Below are positions 57,899 through 64,000 of a stretch of DNA of 64,000 nt, in pieces (position 1 is the stretch's first letter; each line of letters opens with the position of its first letter). Origin of the DNA: Candidatus Krumholzibacteriia bacterium (GTDB taxonomy: Bacteria > Krumholzibacteriota > Krumholzibacteriia > LZORAL124-64-63); the NCBI GenBank assembly GCA_024763215.1, contig JANTFX010000006.1, forward strand, positions 2,439 to 66,438, in the 5' to 3' direction. The translations under genes and the position numbers were made by a program. The notes beneath the pieces are model-generated. The model was not told where the DNA came from and did no database searches. It saw only the letters and a program-made list of their open reading frames with translations.

Positions 57899-59641
57899 TT
57901 ACTTCCGGGGCGCCATCACGCCCGTATTGTCCCCGCCGGCGCTGACGAAATCGATGCCCGACCTGCCGGCACCGGCGCCTTTCCAGTACCAGAGGTCGAA
58001 ATGATCGGTATGCCCGCCTTTGGCATAGGTATCAGTGAAGGCGGCCCGGAACGAGGCCGGGAAGATCTGTTCGTGGGGGGGATACCAGTTGGCCTTGACG
58101 AACGGCTGCTGGCCGCGTGGCACCAGCCAGAGCCGCACCTCGCCCGAGGTCAGGGCCGCAGAGGTGGCCGGGGCCAGGGGCAAACCCGCCCGGCACCGGT
58201 CCATGACCGAGATGGGATCCACCAGGACCGGCTGTTGGGCGAAGGCCAGCAGGGGCCTGATCCAGGTTTCCCGGAATGATTCGTTCTCGCCTCCGCACGC
58301 CATGCCGATGGTCAGGCCCGGATGGGTGTCCATGATCTCGTGGATCTCCCTGGCGACCGCCGACGAATTGGTCAGCTCCCACGCCACCAATCGGGTGGAG
58401 CGATAGCCTGATACCGTACCCGCCAGCAGCAGGGTCGCACAGGCAGCAGCGGTCCAGGCGGACCGGTCCAGGAACGGCAGGCCCGCACCAGCAGCGGACG
58501 CCGAGGACAGCCGGCCGGCTGCCAGACCCGGCAGGACCACCATGATCGGCACCAGGGGCAGCAGATGCACGGGGCCGGCTCCGGGCTTGGCGGCGATGAC
58601 CAGGATCGGCAACAAGGCGCCGACGATGGCCAGCAGCTGGCCGCGCTCCCTCCGCAGCAACGCCCCCTTGTCGGGTGCAGCCATGAACAGGACCAGCCAG
58701 GGAAGCAGCAGCAGGAAGGCGAAACGCATCGTCAGGGGCAGATCCGTGGTCACCAGACCGTGATGGCAGGCCTCCTGTAGCCAGTGGAGGTAGTTGCCCA
58801 GGGAGATCGTGGGAAACAGGAGGAAGGGAGCCAGGACCAGGGGGGCAGCTCCCAAACCGGCGGCCAGGACCCATTTTCGGTCCCAGCGGGTGGAGGCCAG
58901 ATACAGGATGGGGATGAAGTAAAGGCCGCCATGGATCTTGAGGTTCACAGCGAACCCCAGCAGGGCCGCCAGACCCACCGCCCCCGGCAAGGGCCGAGAG
59001 CGGGCCGCAAGGTAGATCCCCATGCCGGTGGCGAAGACCAGCAGGGCATCAGGTCGCACCAGGTAGATCCCGAAGCCATGGGCCCAGTAAAGCAGGACGG
59101 CTGCAAGCACCGCCGCCGAAGCCAGCCACCGCCGCCGCTGGCCGGCCAGGGAAGCGTAGATGAACAGCAGGCTGGCCACAGCCCCCAGAAAGGAAGCCAT
59201 TTTGGCCGACAGCAGGGTGGGGCCGAGGAACCGGAGGAAAAGCCCGTTGGTAAGGAAAACGGAAGGCCCGTAGAGGATGCTGTACTGGTAGGGGGCGTCC
59301 AGCCCGTGGTACAGGGGCATGCCCTGCTGCCAGACCCAGGAGAGGCTGGAGACCAGCGGTTCTACCTCCCCGGCGAAACCGGGGTTGCGCACATACCAGT
59401 ACCCGACGGCGCAAAAAATGGCCACCATCAGCAGGCCGAACCAGCGCAAGGCGGCGTTCAAACGCTCGGGGCCAGGGTGGGGCCAGTTCCTCATCCTCTT
59501 GAGCAGGACGAACACCAGCCCGGTGGCCAAAAAGGTCCCCAAGACCTGCTGCGACAGGGAAATTCCCAGATCAAGGATGCTGCGGAACATGAGCAAGTTG
59601 CGTTGCTTTGACTCCTCGCCGGGTTGAACCGGCATCGCCAC
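57899..59641 (-). CDS. Polytopic membrane protein, GT-C-fold glycosyltransferase-like (ArnT/PMT-like), with C-terminal soluble domain
   Basis: 580 aa. About 12 hydrophobic helices in the first ~400 aa with aromatic/Pro-rich loops. Soluble C-terminal ~170 aa. Family assignment is by architecture only. Confidence 0.45.
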   Translation of the reverse strand: MAMPVQPGEESKQRNLLMFRSILDLGISLSQQVLGTFLATGLVFVLLKRMRNWPHPGPERLNAALRWFGLLMVAIFCAVGYWYVRNPGFAGEVEPLVSSLSWVWQQGMPLYHGLDAPYQYSILYGPSVFLTNGLFLRFLGPTLLSAKMASFLGAVASLLFIYASLAGQRRRWLASAAVLAAVLLYWAHGFGIYLVRPDALLVFATGMGIYLAARSRPLPGAVGLAALLGFAVNLKIHGGLYFIPILYLASTRWDRKWVLAAGLGAAPLVLAPFLLFPTISLGNYLHWLQEACHHGLVTTDLPLTMRFAFLLLLPWLVLFMAAPDKGALLRRERGQLLAIVGALLPILVIAAKPGAGPVHLLPLVPIMVVLPGLAAGRLSSASAAGAGLPFLDRSAWTAAACATLLLAGTVSGYRSTRLVAWELTNSSAVAREIHEIMDTHPGLTIGMACGGENESFRETWIRPLLAFAQQPVLVDPISVMDRCRAGLPLAPATSAALTSGEVRLWLVPRGQQPFVKANWYPPHEQIFPASFRAAFTDTYAKGGHTDHFDLWYWKGAGAGRSGIDFVSAGGDNTGVMAPRK

Positions 59642-59747
59642 GGAGGCGAGATTCCGTCGCGATCACCATGGTGCTGTTCCAGAGGAGGATCATCCCAGAA
59701 AATCAAAATATGTCAAGAAAATACGGGAGCGGGAGTCCCGAAAATCA

Positions 59748-60131
59748 TCACGTCAGGCCTTCGGAGGCCAGAAAATCAATGAAATTATTCTGGTAAAGAC
59801 TTGTGAAATAAATGGCTGTGCGTTCGTGGATCTTGTCCATGTCGTCGGGGAAATCCCTTTGCAGGACATCCACCAGAGCTCCCAGGGAACGCTGGCCATC
59901 CATGGCCCGCCACAGATAGGAGCCGCGTTCCTCCAGGGTCACGAGGATGAATTTGCGCTGGGCAGGCAGGAGCCTTTGCATGTATTTACCGATCAACGGT
60001 TCACGGAAACGGGGCACCTTGAGGGTCACCAGGAGGGTGCCGGGGTCGAGGTCATGCTCGACCAGGGGCAAGGGCACCAGGTCCATCATATCCACCCCGG
60101 CCCAGCGCGATTTCCGGCGAAAAAACCCCAA
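59748..60131 (-). CDS. PqqD-family (RiPP-recognition-element-like) protein
   Basis: 127 aa. The core ILVTLEERGSYLWRAMDGQRSLGALVDVLQRDFPDDMDKIHERTAIYFTSLYQNNFIDF matches the PqqD pattern (hh.l...G..a.LN.tg..iW.L.DG.rt..EI...L...a......i..Dv..Fl..L...gli). Co-oriented with the downstream GT-C-like gene. Confidence 0.5.
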   Translation of the reverse strand: MGFFRRKSRWAGVDMMDLVPLPLVEHDLDPGTLLVTLKVPRFREPLIGKYMQRLLPAQRKFILVTLEERGSYLWRAMDGQRSLGALVDVLQRDFPDDMDKIHERTAIYFTSLYQNNFIDFLASEGLT

Positions 60132-60212
60132 CCCTGACCTCCCGAGGGTGATGACCTTGCAGCTGGGCCCAATTTGTGCTTGAATACCATGAAACGCAAG
60201 GGGAGGAGTGCC

Positions 60213-60566
60213 ATGGAAAACGAGATCACCATTCGTGACCGCTGGCTGGCGGCCATATGTTATCTGTCAGCCCTGGTGTTCATCCCCATGCTGGCCACCG
60301 GCAAATCGGATTTCCTGGCCCGGCATTGCCGGCAGGGTTTCACGGTCTTCTGTCTGGAAGTTTTGTCGCTTTTCCTGTTGTTCATCATCGAGACGACCAT
60401 CGGCCGGATCCCTGTGCTCGGTTTCCTTCTCAATATCCTGCTCATGCTGGCGATTTTCCTGTTCTTCCTGGTCATCTCCGCCTTCGGTTTTTCCAAGGGT
60501 CTGTTCGGGGAATCCTGGCGGATCCCTTACATCGATGACTGGGCTGACAGGGTTCCCATCCATTAA
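60213..60566 (+). CDS. DUF4870-family small membrane protein
   Basis: LAAICYLSALVFIPMLATGKSDFLARHCRQGFTVFCLEVL matches the DUF4870 signature (YLS.L...P.L......D.F..FHA.Q.L.L). Three TM helices. Confidence 0.55.
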   Translation: MENEITIRDRWLAAICYLSALVFIPMLATGKSDFLARHCRQGFTVFCLEVLSLFLLFIIETTIGRIPVLGFLLNILLMLAIFLFFLVISAFGFSKGLFGESWRIPYIDDWADRVPIH

Positions 60567-60662
60567 AATTCTCTATTCTTTTTAATGACAGGGTTTTATA
60601 TGTGTCCCTGATTTATTTGCGCATAATGTATATTATGTTAAGTTGCGAAAATTTGGAGAAAA

Positions 60663-61703
60663 TTAGGCCTTCCGGCAAAGCTCCAGAATCGCCTGCTCGA
60701 AGACCGCCCCCGGTTCCAGGGGTGATCCCTTGAGCCGGCGGTCGCATGCCAACGCGGTTTCCTGGGCGCGCACCAGGCCCGCCGGGCCCATGTTGGCCAG
60801 CAAGGATCCGAGGTACCTGAACGACCAGGGATTCTGCCCGGTCAATTTGCCTATGGATGCATCATCGAGGCCTTCTTCCCGGGCAAATTCCAGCAGATAG
60901 GCCCGCCTAATCCTGCTGAGGACCACCGGGGAAACTTCGTAGGGCGAGCGTCCCCATTCGGCCAGCCTGAACCAGGTTCCGAGCATTCTGGCTGCGGAAC
61001 CAGGCATGAGGTGTTCCGTGATCTCATACCCCTGCAACTCGGCCTGATCCATGACCAGATCCCGGATATCCTGACCGCTGAAACTCCGCCCGCGGTCGGC
61101 CTGCATCAGCGCGATCTTGTCCAGTTCGTTCTTGATGCTCATCAGGTCATCGCCGAGCAGATCAGCCAGCAAACCGGCCTTGTCCGCATCCAGTTCCAGA
61201 TCCAGGCGCTTGGCCGCCTTGAGGATCCATTGCACCAGCCCGGCACCGGTCGGGTTGGCGAATTCGAAGAAATAGCCAGCCTTGAGGGCGGTTTTGACCC
61301 AGGTCTTGCGCCGGTCTGCCTTGGTCATGGTCAAAATGAAAATGGTTTCCGGTACCGGTTTTTCCAGATAGCGCTCGAAATGCAGCAAGCTGGCCTGATT
61401 ATCCAGAAATTTGTCAGCATGTTTGACCAGAACGAGTTGCCTCCCACCCATCATGGGCAGGCTCAAAACCTGTTGAAAAACCTTTGCAGGATCACAGGTT
61501 TCACCATCAAAGGCATGATCATTGAAGGCTCCGGCCCCGCCGAGGGCCTCCTTGCGGATCTTCTGGATGACCCCCTCCTTGCGCAGGGCATCATCGCCGG
61601 CAAGGACATAGACAGGCCGGAATTCATTCCGTTTGAGGTCCTGGGTCAACAACTCCTGAAAGCCGGGAACCGTTGTTTTCCTGCCGCTGCCGCCGTACCC
61701 CAT
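60663..61703 (-). CDS. holA: DNA polymerase III delta subunit
   Basis: QDLKRNEFRPVYVLAGDDALRKE N-terminal motif; AAA+-lid-like delta architecture. Start taken at the internal Met (MGYGGSGRK), abutting lptE; the ORF track extends to 61808. Confidence 0.75.
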   Translation of the reverse strand: MGYGGSGRKTTVPGFQELLTQDLKRNEFRPVYVLAGDDALRKEGVIQKIRKEALGGAGAFNDHAFDGETCDPAKVFQQVLSLPMMGGRQLVLVKHADKFLDNQASLLHFERYLEKPVPETIFILTMTKADRRKTWVKTALKAGYFFEFANPTGAGLVQWILKAAKRLDLELDADKAGLLADLLGDDLMSIKNELDKIALMQADRGRSFSGQDIRDLVMDQAELQGYEITEHLMPGSAARMLGTWFRLAEWGRSPYEVSPVVLSRIRRAYLLEFAREEGLDDASIGKLTGQNPWSFRYLGSLLANMGPAGLVRAQETALACDRRLKGSPLEPGAVFEQAILELCRKA

Positions 61704-61704
61704 C

Positions 61705-62223
61705 CTACCAATCCTCCACGACCTGGGCGAGGATATCGCGGACGATCTCCTGCGCAGCTTCGGTCCGGGCCGACTCCTCGCTCGAGCCCTGAGGATCGTC
61801 CAGGACATAATTTCCGGTTCCGGTGAATTTCTTGTTCTCGAACAGGGTCTCGCCCGTATCCTTGAGGGTGAAGGTCAACACCACCGCGATCTGTACCTTG
61901 TACTCGGTCACGGTCAGATCCTGCCTGGCGAATTGCTCCTGGAGGTTGTACAGGGTCACCCTGCCGGTGATGATGCTGTCGGCCGATTCCTCGTCGACGA
62001 CCTTGAGGGTGTTGTCCTGCTGGATGGCGCTGATGACCTCATCGGTCAGGTCCACCCCGATATTGGGCTGGGGAGTAAGGTTCTCGAAGTAATCGACGTA
62101 AACCCTTTTGATGTTCTCGTCCACCCGCCCGCTGCTGGCCGAATACACACCGCAGCCAGAAAGCACCGAAACCATAACTAACATGATAACAGTGCATAAC
62201 CAGAAAGACTTCACCTTGTTCAT
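61705..62223 (-). CDS. lptE: LPS-assembly lipoprotein LptE-like
   Basis: 172 aa. Signal peptide with lipobox (VLSGC). Size and position immediately upstream of holA match the conserved lptE-holA arrangement. Confidence 0.6.
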   Translation of the reverse strand: MNKVKSFWLCTVIMLVMVSVLSGCGVYSASSGRVDENIKRVYVDYFENLTPQPNIGVDLTDEVISAIQQDNTLKVVDEESADSIITGRVTLYNLQEQFARQDLTVTEYKVQIAVVLTFTLKDTGETLFENKKFTGTGNYVLDDPQGSSEESARTEAAQEIVRDILAQVVEDW

Positions 62224-63632
62224 GAATCCTTGCGCTCCCATTCTATCTGGTACTGCCGCATGCGGTATCGCAATTTGTCGCGATTGAGGCCCAGCATCCT
62301 GGCCGCCCTGCTCTGGTTGCCGCCGGTGGCCAGCAAGGCCTTGCGGACCAGCTTTTCCTCCAGTTGCCGCACGATGCCTTCCATGTCGATGCCCTCGGAG
62401 GGGAAGGGCTTGTCCAGCAAGGCCCCCACCGTGGCCGGGAAGGCCTCCTGGAAGTTGTCCTCCCCTGCCAGGACCAGATGCCGCCGCAGAAGCACCGGGC
62501 CCTCCTCCAGCAGGACGGTCCTTTCCATGAGGTTCTTCAGCTCGCGGATATTCCCCGGCCAATGATAAGCCAAAAGGGCCTCCTTGGCCTGGGGATCGAT
62601 TTCCTTGAAGTCCTTGCCGAACCGTTCGTTGAACAGGCCCATGAAGTATTCGGCCAGCGGGATGACATCTTCGGGCCGGGCACGCAGGGGGGGCAACCTG
62701 AGCTGGACCACCTTCAAACGATAGTACAGATCCTCCCGGAAAACGCGCTGCCGCACCAGTTCCGCCAGATCGCGGTTGGTGGCGGCGATGATCCTGACAT
62801 CGACCTGGATGTCCTCGGTCCCCCCCACCCGCCTGAAAACCATCTTCTCCAGGACCCGCAACAACTTCACCTGCACCTGCAGGCTCATCTCTCCGATTTC
62901 ATCCAGAAAAACGGTGCCGGAATGCCCGAGTTCCAGCAAACCCATCTTGCGGTTGACCGCATCGGTGAACGCGCCCTTCTCATGGCCGAACAACTCGCTT
63001 TCCAGCAGGTTTTCGGTCAAGGCGGCACAGTTGATCTCCAGGAAAGGGGCGTCCCGGCGTGAGGAGGCGCGGTGGATGAGGTTGGCCAGCACATCCTTGC
63101 CGACCCCCGATTCCCCCTGGATCAGGACCGTGCTGGAATGCCCCCGGGAAATCTTCTCGACGATGCGGTAGATCTCCTTGAAGACCGGGGAACGGCTGGG
63201 CACCGCCCCCGCATCGCGCAGCAAACCGGCCGGGGATTCAGGTCCGCCCGCGCTGTCCCGCTTGGCGTGGGATTCAGCCAGAGCCTGGCGGGCGACCTTA
63301 AGCAGGCGGTCGAGCTGGATGGGTTTGTTGAGGTAATCGAAGGCATTGAGTTTCATGGCCAGGACGGCCGTATCGGTTTCCCTGTAGGCCGTCAGGATCA
63401 CCACCGGCAGCCAGGGGAACTTCTCCTTGACCAGCCCCAGAATCTGGATCCCGCTCATATCGCCGAGCATCAGATCCAGCAGCACCAGATCCGGGGGCTC
63501 GCCGTGCAGGATTTCGGTGGCCTCGGCCCCGGTCCCGGCGGTGATGACTTCGTAACCCTCGCAGCCCAGGGCTTCCTGCAACCCTGCGCGCACTTTGGGG
63601 TCATCGTCAACGACAAGGATCACAGGTGGCAT
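62220..63632 (-). CDS. Sigma-54-dependent response regulator (NtrC family: REC + AAA+ sigma54-activator + Fis-type HTH)
   Basis: PVILVVDDDPKVRAGL...LDLMLGDMSG (receiver). GESGVGKDVLANLIH and the ESELFGHEKGAFTDA GAFTGA motif. C-terminal HTH (RAARMLGLNRDKLRYRMRQY). ATGA-type overlap with lptE. Confidence 0.85.
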   Translation of the reverse strand: MPPVILVVDDDPKVRAGLQEALGCEGYEVITAGTGAEATEILHGEPPDLVLLDLMLGDMSGIQILGLVKEKFPWLPVVILTAYRETDTAVLAMKLNAFDYLNKPIQLDRLLKVARQALAESHAKRDSAGGPESPAGLLRDAGAVPSRSPVFKEIYRIVEKISRGHSSTVLIQGESGVGKDVLANLIHRASSRRDAPFLEINCAALTENLLESELFGHEKGAFTDAVNRKMGLLELGHSGTVFLDEIGEMSLQVQVKLLRVLEKMVFRRVGGTEDIQVDVRIIAATNRDLAELVRQRVFREDLYYRLKVVQLRLPPLRARPEDVIPLAEYFMGLFNERFGKDFKEIDPQAKEALLAYHWPGNIRELKNLMERTVLLEEGPVLLRRHLVLAGEDNFQEAFPATVGALLDKPFPSEGIDMEGIVRQLEEKLVRKALLATGGNQSRAARMLGLNRDKLRYRMRQYQIEWERKDS

Positions 63633-63737
63633 GGCCTCGACCGATAAATGCGGGTTAAGGAAGCGGTCACGGATTTCTGCGGGCATTATGGCCTCTGGGG
63701 TCCGGGCGTGCAAGCCGGGAAACAACCACTGAAAGGA

Positions 63738-64000
63738 TCAGGTACCGGTGCCGGGCAGGAATTCCAACAGGGTAAAGAGAAGGATCTGCAAATCCAGGCG
63801 CACCGTCCGCCGGGCCACGTACTTGCGGTCAAGCTCGCGGCGCCGCAACCAGGCCCCCATGACCTCTTCGCGGTCATCATCCAGCTGGGAAAGTCCCATG
63901 AGGCCGGGCTTGACCGCCGGCGCCACGGTCCGGTCCGGGAATTGCCGCTTCAGACGCAGGTACTCGGGCAGAGGAAGCGGCTGAGGGCCGAACAAGGTCA
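63738..64000 (-). CDS. Undecaprenyl-phosphate sugar phosphotransferase (bacterial sugar transferase family), C-terminal part; the 5' end lies outside the window
   Basis: KPGLMGLSQLDDDRE...DRKYVARRTVRLDLQILLFTL matches the Bac_transf C-terminal signature (KPGITGLAQV...D..Y.......DLKIL..T). Confidence 0.6.
   Translation of the reverse strand, partial: TLFGPQPLPLPEYLRLKRQFPDRTVAPAVKPGLMGLSQLDDDREEVMGAWLRRRELDRKYVARRTVRLDLQILLFTLLEFLPGTGT

Overview
This is a high-GC (~70%) bacterial chromosomal window. It is almost entirely core housekeeping genes, densely packed on the + strand with many 4-bp start/stop overlaps. LapA/LapB, LptE, a soluble lytic transglycosylase and a SPOR-domain protein point to a diderm (LPS-containing) organism. 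A secreted protease with a T9SS/FlgD-Ig-like C-terminal sorting domain hints at an FCB-group or candidate-phylum affiliation. Several gene clusters follow a Bacillus-like order.

Gene order along the window:
- purC (partial) and purH
- a secreted M6-like zinc metalloprotease
- Slt-type lytic transglycosylase
- secA and smg
- topA with a histone-H1-like Lys-rich tail, then trmFO, xerC, hslV, hslU
- ornithine carbamoyltransferase
- an unknown lipoprotein
- dapF, dapA, dapB
- rpsT (minus strand)
- uvrC, xerD, trpS, scpA, scpB
- an RluB-like pseudouridine synthase
- hisC and a DAHP synthase
- an unusual cmk-plsC fusion ORF
- rpsA
- tandem methylthiotransferases (MtaB-like, then miaB)
- lapA, lapB and a TPR/SPOR protein
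- mutS
- a multi-GAF, degenerate-GGDEF-like protein
- mutL and miaA
- an AT-rich island driving a small secreted protein of unknown function
- tRNA-Gly(CCC) on the minus strand
- a DUF512/PDZ protein, then der, plsY, gpsA
- a MerR-type regulator
- tRNA-Pro(GGG)
- a DPM1-like GT2 glycosyltransferase
- surE and pcm
- a small export-family membrane protein
- tRNA-Pro(CGG), apt, tRNA-Arg(CCT)
- then on the minus strand: a large GT-C-like polytopic membrane protein, a PqqD/RRE-like protein, holA, lptE, a sigma54-dependent response regulator, and the 3' end of a sugar transferase

I found no CRISPR array, IS element or prophage. The many long antisense ORFs in the track are high-GC artefacts.

The most unusual points:
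- the Cmk-LPLAT(PlsC) fusion
- the AT-rich promoter island plus orphan secreted protein next to a bidirectional terminator and tRNA-Gly
- a PqqD-like (RiPP-recognition-element-type) protein co-oriented with a GT-C membrane glycosyltransferase-like protein and a nearby DPM1-like GT2
- a GAF/degenerate-GGDEF signalling protein wedged between mutS and mutL
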